64,000 nt of DNA from Acidobacteriota bacterium. GTDB taxonomy: Bacteria; Acidobacteriota; UBA890; WLXD01. The DNA lies in NCBI GenBank assembly GCA_963666055.2, contig CAXWPH010000012.1:224001-288000 (forward strand). Reading direction: 5' to 3'. The position numbers and the translations under genes were made by a program. The notes under the pieces are model-generated. The model saw only the letters and a list, made by a program, of their open reading frames with translations, did no database searches and had not been told where the DNA came from. Of the stretch, positions 1 to 9,803 are shown in pieces; within the stretch, counting starts at the first letter, position 1; every line of letters starts with the position of its first letter.

Positions 1-60
1 CATGGTAACGGCGACCACGAGGACCATTGACGCAAGCCTGACCCTCCGCAGGAGATTCGA

Positions 61-447
61 ATGTTCGCAGAAATGCAGGCCCAAATGGACGCGCTCTCGC
101 CAGCGGTGCAGATGTGGATTAACTGGATGACGCTGTGCCTGCTCCTTTCGCTGCTTTTTATCTGGAAGCACACGGCGGCGCGATGGACTCTGGCCGTGAC
201 GGTCCTCACGGTGCCGCTCGGGGTGGCGATCTTCGCGCTCAGCGGCAACGTGCACCTGCTGGGGCTCGCGCACCTGATTCTGTGGACTCCACTGCTGATA
301 TACCTGGTCAAGAACGAAGTAAGGGCCGACGGGTTCAATCCGGGCAGTCTCTACGGTATCTGGGTGATGCTGCTGGCCACTACGATCGTCGTCTCTCTGG
401 TGTTCGACGTGCGTGACGTGATCCTGGTCGCGCTTGGCCAGAAGTAG
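61..447 (+). CDS. Small integral membrane protein, function unknown
   Basis: 128-aa ORF with AGGAG upstream and about four hydrophobic segments. Confidence 0.75.
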   Translation: MFAEMQAQMDALSPAVQMWINWMTLCLLLSLLFIWKHTAARWTLAVTVLTVPLGVAIFALSGNVHLLGLAHLILWTPLLIYLVKNEVRADGFNPGSLYGIWVMLLATTIVVSLVFDVRDVILVALGQK

Positions 448-685
448 CTCGTGCGGTCCTTGCCTCGTGCAATCCGTACACATCGTTGACCAGCCGCTGG
501 GGCAACGAAATGGGCGAACCCCCCGGTCAGCGGCTCATGGGAGGACATCCGAATAAGAACGATCTCCCAGTGGAAAACGTTACTTCGCGGAGTTAGTGTC
601 GCGTCAGCTTTGACGCGCATAGCTGGATTGCTCGCCGCTTCCACTGACGATGAGTTCCATCCGGCCAACGCCTGGGAGGAGATCG

Positions 686-2020
686 ATGAAGAATCCGGAG
701 TTGAATCGACGAAACTTCATGGCGACCTCGGCCGCGTCCGCCGCGGGTCTGCTCGCTGCCGGTTCGGCGAGGGCCGCCACGGGCGGGTTCACACCGTACC
801 GGACGACTCCCGGGGCAACCATCGGCGCGCATCCCCCACCGCCGTTCTCGAAGGCCGAGTACAAGGAGCGACTCAATCGCGTCCGCGAGCGCATGGCGCA
901 GGACAACATCGACATGCTGTTCGTAACCATGCCCGAGGATATGTGCTACCTGCACGGTATCGAGCTCAACTGGTTCCAGCAGAACGGCCCCAAGGCATGG
1001 GGCATGAACTCGATCACCGCCGTGCACGTCGACCACGACACGTTGATCCACTTCGATAGCCACGACGATCTGATGGCGGCCACGTCGGCAGCCGAGGATA
1101 TCCGACGTCCGCAGAGCGGTGGCGGCCGTCCCTATGAAGGTCACGCCATGGAACTCGAAGCCGCCGGTTGGCTGCACGGCACCGTCGGCTTGCAGTACTG
1201 GAGCTACCGGCCGGTGCCGGCGCGCATGAAGGAGCTCGAAACCGTGTTCGAGGCGCGCGGATGTCCGCTCGTCGACGGCTCCGACATCATGGCCGACGTG
1301 CGGCTGCACAAATCGCCCGCCGAGATCGACGTCATAATGGAGGCGGCGCGCATCTGCGACATCGGTCTGCAGGCGATCATGGAGACGCTGCAGCCGGGAG
1401 TCACCGAGCTCGAGGTCTACGGCGAGATGGTACGAGCGATGACCCGAGCCGGAGGCGGGATGTCGGGGCTCTTGTCATCCATCAAGGTAGGCGGCGCGAC
1501 GTTCCTGCACGGCATCGCTTCGACGCGTGTGGTGCAGATGGGCGATCACGTGATCTGCGACATCTGTGGCGTCAAGAACCGCTACCACTCCAACACCGCC
1601 CGCGGCTTCTTCGTCGGCGACCCGCCCAAGAAGCTGGCCGACCTCTACAAGATGAACGGTCGCGCCATGGAAACGCTGGCCCATCACGCTCGTGCTGGCA
1701 TGCCGCTGAAGGAGCTCACCAAGATCATGCGTGAGTTCTATCAAGAGACCGGTGCGTGGCAGATGCGCCAGCGTGGCGAGATCAGCGGCTACACCGGGGG
1801 CTATGAGCTCGGCATCAGCTTCCCACCCGACTGGGTGGGATGGTGGAGCTTCAGCGTTGGTGAGGAAGACACCAACGACTGGATCATCCAGGAGCGCCAG
1901 GTGTTCAACTACGAGAGCTACTCGACCGGCAGCACGGCGTTGATCGACACGTTCGTGCACGAGACCGATCGTTGTCGGCGACTCTCGATGACCCCGGCAG
2001 ATCTGCTGGTCGTGGCCTAG
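686..2020 (+). CDS. M24-fold hydrolase (Xaa-Pro peptidase / creatinase / ectoine hydrolase DoeA-like) with Tat signal
   Basis: GGAGGA RBS before ATG 686; NRRNFM twin-arginine motif; 'EYKERLNRVRERM' and 'VRLHKSPAEI' motifs of the creatinase/prolidase family. Confidence 0.85.
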   Translation: MKNPELNRRNFMATSAASAAGLLAAGSARAATGGFTPYRTTPGATIGAHPPPPFSKAEYKERLNRVRERMAQDNIDMLFVTMPEDMCYLHGIELNWFQQNGPKAWGMNSITAVHVDHDTLIHFDSHDDLMAATSAAEDIRRPQSGGGRPYEGHAMELEAAGWLHGTVGLQYWSYRPVPARMKELETVFEARGCPLVDGSDIMADVRLHKSPAEIDVIMEAARICDIGLQAIMETLQPGVTELEVYGEMVRAMTRAGGGMSGLLSSIKVGGATFLHGIASTRVVQMGDHVICDICGVKNRYHSNTARGFFVGDPPKKLADLYKMNGRAMETLAHHARAGMPLKELTKIMREFYQETGAWQMRQRGEISGYTGGYELGISFPPDWVGWWSFSVGEEDTNDWIIQERQVFNYESYSTGSTALIDTFVHETDRCRRLSMTPADLLVVA

Positions 2021-2027
2021 CGATAAA

Positions 2028-4445
2028 TCAGCGCTCCTTGACGATGAAGAGCCCTTCGCGAATGCTGGTGATGAGCACATAGCCGCTGTCGAAGAACGGA
2101 TAGTTGCTCCAAGAGAAGCTGGAGTACTGCGCCTCGTTCTCGTCCCACGGGACGGTATCGAAGTAGCCCGCCATCTCCGGATGTTCGGGATCGCTGATGT
2201 CGAGCACCCGTAGTCCGGCGTTGTAATTCGACTGATACATCCGATCCCCGACGATATAGAGGTTGTGGTCGATGGCGTCGGTGTCGTGGATGTACTCGTC
2301 CACCAGTATCGGATCGTCGAGCTCCTGCACGTCGAAGATCAGCGTGCGGGTACCGTCGACCGTCCCCGACGCCTCGTCGAGCTCGTCGTTCATGTAGAAG
2401 TAGCGATGATCATCGGTCAGCCATCCCTGGTGTGTATAGCCAACGTTCGGGTAGGTCGCCAGCGACACGGCCACCGGATTCCGCTTATTGGTGACGTCGG
2501 CAATGCTGACCGCTGTCTCGTTGGAACCGAAGCAGATCTCACGGCCCGCGTACTGCTCGTCCGGCCCCTCGTAGATCACACACTGGGCATCATGTGAGTA
2601 CCCGGTGCTGGCGCGCCCGGTACCGACGTCGGAGAAGCAGCCGACGAAGATCGGCTGCTTCGGATCCTCGATGTTGATCATGTGCAAGCCACCGCCACAG
2701 GTCTCAGCACCGCCGCTGGCTCCGACCACGTATGCGAAAGCGCTCTCCTCGTTGATGACGATGTTGTGGGCGCTGTCGATGCGGTCGTAGCGTGTGTCGG
2801 CGCTGAACACCATCGGGGCGCCGTCGTACTCGCGCAACCGCGTCAGGTCGAAAACCTGGACACCGTGCTCTTCGGCGGCATCTGCAACGATGAAGGCATG
2901 GTCGGCGTACACCTTGATGTCGCGCCAGTAGCTATCTGGCGATCCGGTGGTCTTCGGGAGGTTGCCCACGTAGACGGGGTTGTACGGATCGGTAACGTCG
3001 ACGAACGACGTGCGCCCCGAGAGTCCTACCAATGCGTAGTCATGGCCGGTCTCGGGATCTGTCCAGCCCCATACATCGTTGGCCCAGGTGCCGCGCTTGC
3101 CGCCCATCGTGTGGTTGGGCAGAAAAGAGATCAGGTCGAAGTTGTCGCAAGGGAAGAGGCCCGCCATGCCCTCGACGCACTCCACGACGCCACCCACCAC
3201 CGGGTCGAAGGCCAGCGCCTCGCTGAGCACCCTGGTGCGATCCCAGCCACCAAGCGAGCGCTCCATGATGACCGCAGAGCCGGCGCCAAGATCATCTTCC
3301 GGTACCCCGGCCACCAACACGTCGCCACTGAGCGCCAGGGACGAGGCGAATCCGGCGCGAAAGCCCAAGAAGGAGGTTCCCAGCTTGGTCGAACCGGTCC
3401 AGATCCCCTCGTCGTCGTAGCTGAACTGATAGATGCGGCCGTCGTCGTCGGCGCCGGGCGCACCAACCAACAACTCGCCATCGCCGACTGCGATTGCCGT
3501 GCCGAACCCCGCACCCGATTGTCCGTCGAACGGCTGCAGGACGCTGTCGGCGATCCAATCGCCATCTTCGTCGTCGAAGACGTATACGTGCACCGTGCCA
3601 ACGGCGCCCGCACCGACCTCTCCAACAAGGGCCACGCCGTCGGTCAAGACCACCGTTGAGCCAAATCCCCCTTCTTCGTCCGCGTCGGCGGGCGCCAGCT
3701 TGTCGAAGAACTGCCAGCCTTCCTCCTCGCGGCGAAAGGCATAGACGGTACCGGTCCCCGACTCGGTCGGGGCACCGACCATCGCCCAGTCGCCATCGAT
3801 CGCCACCGCGGCACCAAATCGGGCCGTCGGCTCGCCATCGTCGTCGGCATCCTCCGCGTCCTCCTGGTCGGAGGCGTCGGTGACGATGTCGTCCGGACTG
3901 AGCGCCTGAAGCAGCCGCCAGCCATCACCTTCGAGGCTATACAGGTACGCCGCCCCGCTGTCGCCACCGCTGCCGGCGGCGCCGACGAGCGCCACATCGC
4001 CGCTCATGGCGATGGCCGTCCCGAAGCTGTCGTGCGGCTCGCCATCGTGGCTTGCGAACCGTCCGGCCTGGATCCAGCCAACATCTCGGCGTTCGAAGAC
4101 ATAGACAGTCCCCTGACCGTCCGGCGCGGCACCAATCAGCAGCCGATCGCCGTCGGCCACCAGTCCCTGCCCGAAGGCATCACCGTTGGTCGCCGCTGAG
4201 CGCGTCAGGCGTTGAACCTCCTGCCAACCGCCGGCATCGGCGCGGTACACGTACACGAAGCCGGGCGCGATGCGATTGCCCGGCTCCCCTACCAGCACCT
4301 CGTCTTCCAGCGCCGCGACCGTGAGGCCGAAGCTGAACTGTGCCTCTGCCGGCGACAGCGGCGCCAACGAGCAGATCAGCATGGAGAGAATCAGCACCCT
4401 GAAGGCGCCGCGATTAGAACAACTACGCAGGCTCGAGAACTCCAT
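2028..4445 (-). CDS. Secreted choice-of-anchor B family protein with N-terminal FG-GAP repeats
   Basis: Signal peptide; repeated FG-x-A-x-A...GAP units; C-terminal 'NDVWGW', 'WRDIKVY', 'YTHQGWL', 'NDELDE' and 'IDHNLY' motifs. Confidence 0.85.
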   Translation of the reverse strand: MEFSSLRSCSNRGAFRVLILSMLICSLAPLSPAEAQFSFGLTVAALEDEVLVGEPGNRIAPGFVYVYRADAGGWQEVQRLTRSAATNGDAFGQGLVADGDRLLIGAAPDGQGTVYVFERRDVGWIQAGRFASHDGEPHDSFGTAIAMSGDVALVGAAGSGGDSGAAYLYSLEGDGWRLLQALSPDDIVTDASDQEDAEDADDDGEPTARFGAAVAIDGDWAMVGAPTESGTGTVYAFRREEEGWQFFDKLAPADADEEGGFGSTVVLTDGVALVGEVGAGAVGTVHVYVFDDEDGDWIADSVLQPFDGQSGAGFGTAIAVGDGELLVGAPGADDDGRIYQFSYDDEGIWTGSTKLGTSFLGFRAGFASSLALSGDVLVAGVPEDDLGAGSAVIMERSLGGWDRTRVLSEALAFDPVVGGVVECVEGMAGLFPCDNFDLISFLPNHTMGGKRGTWANDVWGWTDPETGHDYALVGLSGRTSFVDVTDPYNPVYVGNLPKTTGSPDSYWRDIKVYADHAFIVADAAEEHGVQVFDLTRLREYDGAPMVFSADTRYDRIDSAHNIVINEESAFAYVVGASGGAETCGGGLHMINIEDPKQPIFVGCFSDVGTGRASTGYSHDAQCVIYEGPDEQYAGREICFGSNETAVSIADVTNKRNPVAVSLATYPNVGYTHQGWLTDDHRYFYMNDELDEASGTVDGTRTLIFDVQELDDPILVDEYIHDTDAIDHNLYIVGDRMYQSNYNAGLRVLDISDPEHPEMAGYFDTVPWDENEAQYSSFSWSNYPFFDSGYVLITSIREGLFIVKER

Positions 4446-4603
4446 GGCCGACCTCGCTGCCGCTCCCCGGTGTAGGATCGCGACGCCCTATGAGGATAGG
4501 CTTCACGCGCTCCGAGGCCCGGCGGATGTTGAAGAAACGATGACCAGACTGACAGTAGGTCCCGGCCGGGCCGTCGGCAACCCAGCCACGACTTGGTGAG
4601 CGG

Positions 4604-5983
4604 ATGAGGAATCCCGAACCGGAGGCGCCGACGAACGATCCGCCACACACCACGGTGCGCGATTACTTGCGCGTTGTGGTGCCGTCGGCAGTCGGGGTTG
4701 CACTGTTCCTGGTCCCCATACGGTTCGGCGGCGACGTGACGATCGTGATGGGGGTGATCACCTCGATGCTCCAGACCCTCATCGGCGACCGGATGGCGTT
4801 GTTCACCACGCCTATCTTCGTCACCGGAGCGCTGCTCTCGGTGGCGTTCACGCTTGGTCCTGCGACCCTCAAGGCACGATTCCCCTACCTGGACTCGGTG
4901 TTCGAGACCAACGCAGTGTGGCTCACCATGCGGGTAATCGCCGGCATCGGCGCCCCGATGACGATGTTCGCGGTCGGGCCCGCGTGGGTCCACGGAGCCC
5001 AGACCGGCGGCACGGCCTACGTCGAGATCGCTGGTCTTATCTTCCTGATCATCGGCGTCGCCTGTCTGCTGCTTCCGTTCCTCACCGAGTTCGGATTGCT
5101 GGAGCTCGTCGGTACGCTGATGCGCGCCCCGTTCAAGCGCATCTTCAACCTCCCGGGGCGCGCTACCATCGACACGCTAGCGTCGTGGGTCGGCGCCTCG
5201 AGCGTGGCGATACTGGTGACGGTACGGCAGTACGAGTCGGGCTTCTACTCGAGGCGGGAGGCAGCCGTCATCGCCACCAACTTCTCGGTGGTGTCGATTC
5301 CGTTCGTGGTGCTCACCTCACAGGTCGCCGGCATCGGTGAGCACTTCGTCGCGCTCTACGCGTCGATGCTGGTGGTCGGACTTACGTGCGCCGTGATCAC
5401 GCCACACCTTCCTCCCCTGTCGGGTTTTGCCGATACCTACTACGAGCCCGTGGGCCGGCAGATACACGAGGAAGTGACCAACGAGAGCTCGCGGCTCAGC
5501 TGGGCCGTACAACAGGCGGTTGCGCAAGCCCGGACCGCTCCGAGGTTCGGAGCGATGTTCAAACGCAGCCTCAAGGTAGTCTTCGACATCTTCTTCACCA
5601 TGATGCCGGCGGCCATGACAATCGAGTTCGTCGCCCTGGTTGCGTATCACCACACACCGGTGCTGCAGACCCTGACCCGACCTCTGATCCCGTTACTGAA
5701 CCTTCTGCAGATTCCCGAGGCGGCGGCCGCCGCCCCTGGCGTCGTTGTCGGGTTGCTGGATCAGTTCGTGCCGGCGTTGATCGCCGGCACCATCGACAAC
5801 CAAACCACCAGCTTCCTGCTCGCCGGACTATCGGTTACGCAGCTGATCTTCTTTGCCGAGACCGCGGTCCTGATCCTGCGCTCGAGCATCCCCTTGTCGC
5901 TCGGTCAGCTAGTCGCCATCTTCTGTCTGCGCACGGCGATCGCGCTGCCGTTGATGGCGATCGCGGCGAACCTGCTGGTGTAG
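4604..5983 (+). CDS. YjiH-family (gate-domain) membrane transporter
   Basis: Multi-TM protein with 'LLPFLTEFGLLE', 'FNLPGRATID' and 'REAAVIATNFSVVS' motifs. Confidence 0.85.
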   Translation: MRNPEPEAPTNDPPHTTVRDYLRVVVPSAVGVALFLVPIRFGGDVTIVMGVITSMLQTLIGDRMALFTTPIFVTGALLSVAFTLGPATLKARFPYLDSVFETNAVWLTMRVIAGIGAPMTMFAVGPAWVHGAQTGGTAYVEIAGLIFLIIGVACLLLPFLTEFGLLELVGTLMRAPFKRIFNLPGRATIDTLASWVGASSVAILVTVRQYESGFYSRREAAVIATNFSVVSIPFVVLTSQVAGIGEHFVALYASMLVVGLTCAVITPHLPPLSGFADTYYEPVGRQIHEEVTNESSRLSWAVQQAVAQARTAPRFGAMFKRSLKVVFDIFFTMMPAAMTIEFVALVAYHHTPVLQTLTRPLIPLLNLLQIPEAAAAAPGVVVGLLDQFVPALIAGTIDNQTTSFLLAGLSVTQLIFFAETAVLILRSSIPLSLGQLVAIFCLRTAIALPLMAIAANLLV

Positions 5984-6004
5984 CCGACAAGCACCCTCGT
6001 CTGC

Positions 6005-6023
6005 CTCGAACACCAGGTTCGAG
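6005..6023. terminator. Short hairpin between convergent genes, possible terminator
   Basis: CTCGAAC-accag-GTTCGAG perfect 7-bp stem; no U-tract. Confidence 0.3.
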
Positions 6024-6031
6024 CATCGCCA

Positions 6032-6931
6032 CTACTCTCGCGGGCGCAGGCTGTCGTAGACGATCTTGACGAAATCCGCGGCGGCAGTGCCGCGTTCCTC
6101 ATACCCGGCGGTGGGGTTCGAGGCGATCACCTGATCGAGCGATCTACCCTGATTCATCAGTGCCTGAACGCGATCCCGAATCGTGCGCAACATGGTTCCG
6201 TAAGCGAGCAGGTCATCGCGGGTCGAGAGCTGCCCATGACCGGGAATGAACTTCGTATCCGCGTCGGTGATGCTGGCGAGGTAATCGACCGTACGGATCA
6301 TCCCCTCGATCGAGCCGCCATTCGGCTGATCGATATACGGAAACCCGTAGCGTACGAATATGTCGCCGGAATGGACGATGTTGGAGGTGCGAAAGTAGAT
6401 CACCGCGTCGCCGTCGGTATGGGCCGCGCCACGGTGAAACACGTCGATGGTCTCGCCGTTGAGATAGAAGCTCATCGAGCGGGTGAAGGTGATCTTCGGC
6501 AACCCGGCAGCCGAGTATGCCGGCTGCGGCCGATCGAACAGCTCGAGGAACTGGTCGGCCTCCATACGGCGGCGGCTGTTCTCATGCGAGACGATCAACG
6601 CGCCCGCCTCACCGAAGTTCTCGTTGCCGTCGGTGTGGTCGTAGTGCCAGTGCGTGTTGATCACGAACTCCACCGGTTGGTCGGTTAGCTGCGCGATCGC
6701 CGCGGTAATCTTGTCGGTGAGCGGCGCGAACTGGTCGTCGACGATGAAGGTACCGTCTTCGCCGATACACACCCCGATGTTGCCGCCGCTGCCCTCCAGC
6801 ATGTAGATCGAGTCGCTCAGCCGTGTTGTACGGATCTCGACCCCGCTGAAGTCTTCCTCATCCTGAGCGAGCGCCGGCGTTGCAATCAGCGTCAGCGCTG
6901 CCAGCAGGAGCGCGGCTCGTCTTCTCATCAT
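6032..6931 (-). CDS. Secreted MBL-fold metallo-hydrolase (cyclase-like)
   Basis: Signal peptide; THWHYDH metal motif; 'AHTDGD' and 'IPGHG'. Confidence 0.9.
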   Translation of the reverse strand: MMRRRAALLLAALTLIATPALAQDEEDFSGVEIRTTRLSDSIYMLEGSGGNIGVCIGEDGTFIVDDQFAPLTDKITAAIAQLTDQPVEFVINTHWHYDHTDGNENFGEAGALIVSHENSRRRMEADQFLELFDRPQPAYSAAGLPKITFTRSMSFYLNGETIDVFHRGAAHTDGDAVIYFRTSNIVHSGDIFVRYGFPYIDQPNGGSIEGMIRTVDYLASITDADTKFIPGHGQLSTRDDLLAYGTMLRTIRDRVQALMNQGRSLDQVIASNPTAGYEERGTAAADFVKIVYDSLRPRE

Positions 6932-6948
6932 CCCTCCGAGTGGCGGTT

Positions 6949-8562
6949 CTATTGAGACAGCGCTGGTGTGGTATCCGGCAGCCGGCGATGGCGCGTCGCC
7001 TGCTCGTAGGCGTAGGCCAGCGCGATCAAGGTCGGCTCATCGAACTCGCGCCCCAGCAGCTCCACTCCGACCGGTAGTCCGTCCACCGTAAACCCCGCCG
7101 GCACGGTGATCGCCGGCAAGCCGGACCGGGCGCTGAGGTCGCAATTGGGCATCGCTCCGCCCTGCTCCGGACCGAGAGGAGCCGGCGGCTCGTTGACGGT
7201 CGGATACAACAGCGCCTCGAGCCGATGCTCCGCCATCAGCGCCAAGATCTTGACCCTGAGCTCGTCGCGACGAATCAACATGTCCTTGTACTCCGCGCCG
7301 CCGAGGCCGTCGGAGTCGAGTGACTGCTGGAGATAGCCGAGCACGCCAGGGTGAGCCAGCCCGGACTCGACGATCTCGCGCAGCGTCTTGACTGGCGCAT
7401 CCGGCGTGGCAGCCAAGTAGCCCTCCAGATGGGCACGGAACTCGGGGATCTCCAGGTCGGGCAACACCAGGATAGCGGCGATCGCGGCGCTGCCCACCGC
7501 AACCAACTCGGCGCCCTGCGCCGCCATGTCGCCCGCCGCCCGGCGCACGATATCGTTGACCTCCTGATCGGCGTCGGTCTCACCGAACAGCTCCCGGAAG
7601 ATCCCGATGCGCGATCCCTGCAACGCATCGGATTTCAGAAAGCGCGTGTAGGTGTCGGGGATGTTTCCCACGCCAAGCGCCGTCACCGGATCCTCCGGGT
7701 CAAAGCCAACGGTGGCGTCGAGCACGATGGCGACGTCCTCGACGCTGCGTGCCAGCGGCCCGGCGGTGTCTTGAGTGAGCGCCAGCGGAACGATTCCATC
7801 GACGCTCGACAACCCGCGCGTCGGGCGGATGCCAACGAGGTTGTTGTGCGAGGAGGGCACGCGGATCGAGCCGCAGGTATCGGTGCCCATGCCCACGGCC
7901 GCGAAGTTCGCCGCGATCGCTGCGCCCGTGCCACCACTGGACCCCCCCGGATTACGGCTCAAGTCATATGGGTTCAGCGTCTGTCCCCCGAGTGAGCTGA
8001 ACGTCTCCCAACCCCATGCCAGCTCGTGCAGATTCGCCTTCGCCAGGATGATGGCTCCAGCCTCGCGCAGCCTGCGAGCCTGAAAAGAGTCGTCAGGCGC
8101 CATCGATCCTTCCAGCGCCTTGGATGCCGCAGTAGTCGGCATATCGAATGTGTCGTAGTTGTCCTTGAGGATCACCGGAATCCCATGCAGAGGGCCTCTG
8201 GCGCCCTGCCGCGCCCTTTCCTCATCGAACGCCGCCGCCTCCTCGAACGCCCTCGGGTTGATGGTGATGATGGCGTTGAGCTTTGGTCCGGCCTGGTCGT
8301 ACGCCTCAATGCGCGCCAAGTAGGCCTCGACGAGGTCGCGCGACGTGGTCGTGCCCGCCGCCATCGCAGCCTGCAACTCCGAGACCGTGGCCTCTAGCAA
8401 CTGGAAGGGTACAGTTTCAGAAAGCGCCTGATCCAACGCGCCGACCTCCGGGCTAGCTACTGCGAGGACCGCCACGAAGATCGAAGTCGCTCGCAGCCCC
8501 GCTGCGACCCGACCTTTGATCCCCGGGCGGACGAAATCGTAGTCTGGCAACGATCGTTTCAT
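6949..8562 (-). CDS. Amidase-signature family enzyme, probably exported (start uncertain)
   Basis: 'GPLHGIPVILKDN', 'PGGSSGG' and 'GTDTCGSIRVP' Ser-cisSer-Lys motifs. Confidence 0.9.
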   Translation of the reverse strand: MKRSLPDYDFVRPGIKGRVAAGLRATSIFVAVLAVASPEVGALDQALSETVPFQLLEATVSELQAAMAAGTTTSRDLVEAYLARIEAYDQAGPKLNAIITINPRAFEEAAAFDEERARQGARGPLHGIPVILKDNYDTFDMPTTAASKALEGSMAPDDSFQARRLREAGAIILAKANLHELAWGWETFSSLGGQTLNPYDLSRNPGGSSGGTGAAIAANFAAVGMGTDTCGSIRVPSSHNNLVGIRPTRGLSSVDGIVPLALTQDTAGPLARSVEDVAIVLDATVGFDPEDPVTALGVGNIPDTYTRFLKSDALQGSRIGIFRELFGETDADQEVNDIVRRAAGDMAAQGAELVAVGSAAIAAILVLPDLEIPEFRAHLEGYLAATPDAPVKTLREIVESGLAHPGVLGYLQQSLDSDGLGGAEYKDMLIRRDELRVKILALMAEHRLEALLYPTVNEPPAPLGPEQGGAMPNCDLSARSGLPAITVPAGFTVDGLPVGVELLGREFDEPTLIALAYAYEQATRHRRLPDTTPALSQ

Positions 8563-8621
8563 TTTCTGCCTGCGCGCTGGAAGCAACCGTGCGTGACGGC
8601 TTCGACTCGGGAGCTACGACG

Positions 8622-9803
8622 ATGCGCGCCCAAGCCTACTCCGAACGCCTGCTGGCACGGCTCTTTCTCATGTGCCTGTCACTCGGTCTCGGCTTCATCT
8701 TTGTGGAGGTCTCGGCGCGGCTATTCCTACGTTATTTGGCAACCCCGGAACAGGTCACGTGGTACGCCTCGATTCCGCAGGTACTCGATCGGCCGGAATC
8801 GGTTCCCAAGTTCTCACCCCACCGTTACCTCGGCTACGTGCCGACACAAGGGTACCGACGTGGCCCCAACCAGCACAACTCGCTCGGCTTCCGCGGCGAG
8901 GAGATCGGCCGCGACAAGCCAGAGTCCGTGTTCCGAATCGTCTGCCTCGGCGGATCCACCGTCTACTCCGGCGGTGTAGACGACTTCCACGACTCCTACC
9001 CTCGAGCGCTCCAAACTCAACTTAACGAGCGTGGCTTCGCCTCCGTGCAGGTCATCAATGCAGGCGTGCCCGGATACGGGACGCTCGAGACGTTGATCAA
9101 CTTCCAGTCCCGAATCCTGGATCTGGCGCCGGATCTGATCATCGTGTACCACGGCTTCAACGATATCCACCCGAGGCTCGTATGGCCGCCGGAGGCTTTC
9201 CGCGGCGACAATTCCGGGCACAACGGGCTGTCGTGGAGCGTCCGTTCTCCCTCAATCTGGGAATACAGCACCTTGGTGCGGATGTTGATGTTGCGATTCG
9301 GACTTGCCGAGCCCCAGACCTCGCTCCGCCGTGCGTTCGGATCACCGCCGGAAACGTCCCGGGCGCTCGATTTCTGGATGCAGGTGCGCGACGGCCGTTA
9401 CCCCCGCGGCGTATTCCAGACGGCCTCGGCCAGCCAGATGCTGACCGAGAACGGGCCAGACTATTTCGAACGCAACCTCAATAGCCTGCTCGAGGTCGCC
9501 GCCGCAAACGAGGTAGCCGTCGTGCTTACGACGTTCGCCTACGCGCCATCCTCCGTCCACGAGACACGTTTGGCTACACCCGAGTATCAGCGCGCCATCG
9601 CGCAACAGAACGCTGTGCTGAAATCGCTCGGCTCAAACAGCACCGCCGCGACGCTGCTCGATCTAGCCGAGCTCATGCCCGACGATGGGCAGTACTTCGT
9701 CGACGGATACCACTTCAGCGCCGCCGGCAACGGGCTACGCGCACGCCACACGGCGGACCATCTGCTGGACAACGGGCTCTTGCCCTCCGCCCCACCGAGC
9801 TAG
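8622..9803 (+). CDS. Membrane-anchored SGNH/GDSL hydrolase family protein
   Basis: N-terminal TM; 'CLGGSTV', 'NAGVPG', 'GFND' and 'DGYH' blocks. Confidence 0.85.
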   Translation: MRAQAYSERLLARLFLMCLSLGLGFIFVEVSARLFLRYLATPEQVTWYASIPQVLDRPESVPKFSPHRYLGYVPTQGYRRGPNQHNSLGFRGEEIGRDKPESVFRIVCLGGSTVYSGGVDDFHDSYPRALQTQLNERGFASVQVINAGVPGYGTLETLINFQSRILDLAPDLIIVYHGFNDIHPRLVWPPEAFRGDNSGHNGLSWSVRSPSIWEYSTLVRMLMLRFGLAEPQTSLRRAFGSPPETSRALDFWMQVRDGRYPRGVFQTASASQMLTENGPDYFERNLNSLLEVAAANEVAVVLTTFAYAPSSVHETRLATPEYQRAIAQQNAVLKSLGSNSTAATLLDLAELMPDDGQYFVDGYHFSAAGNGLRARHTADHLLDNGLLPSAPPS

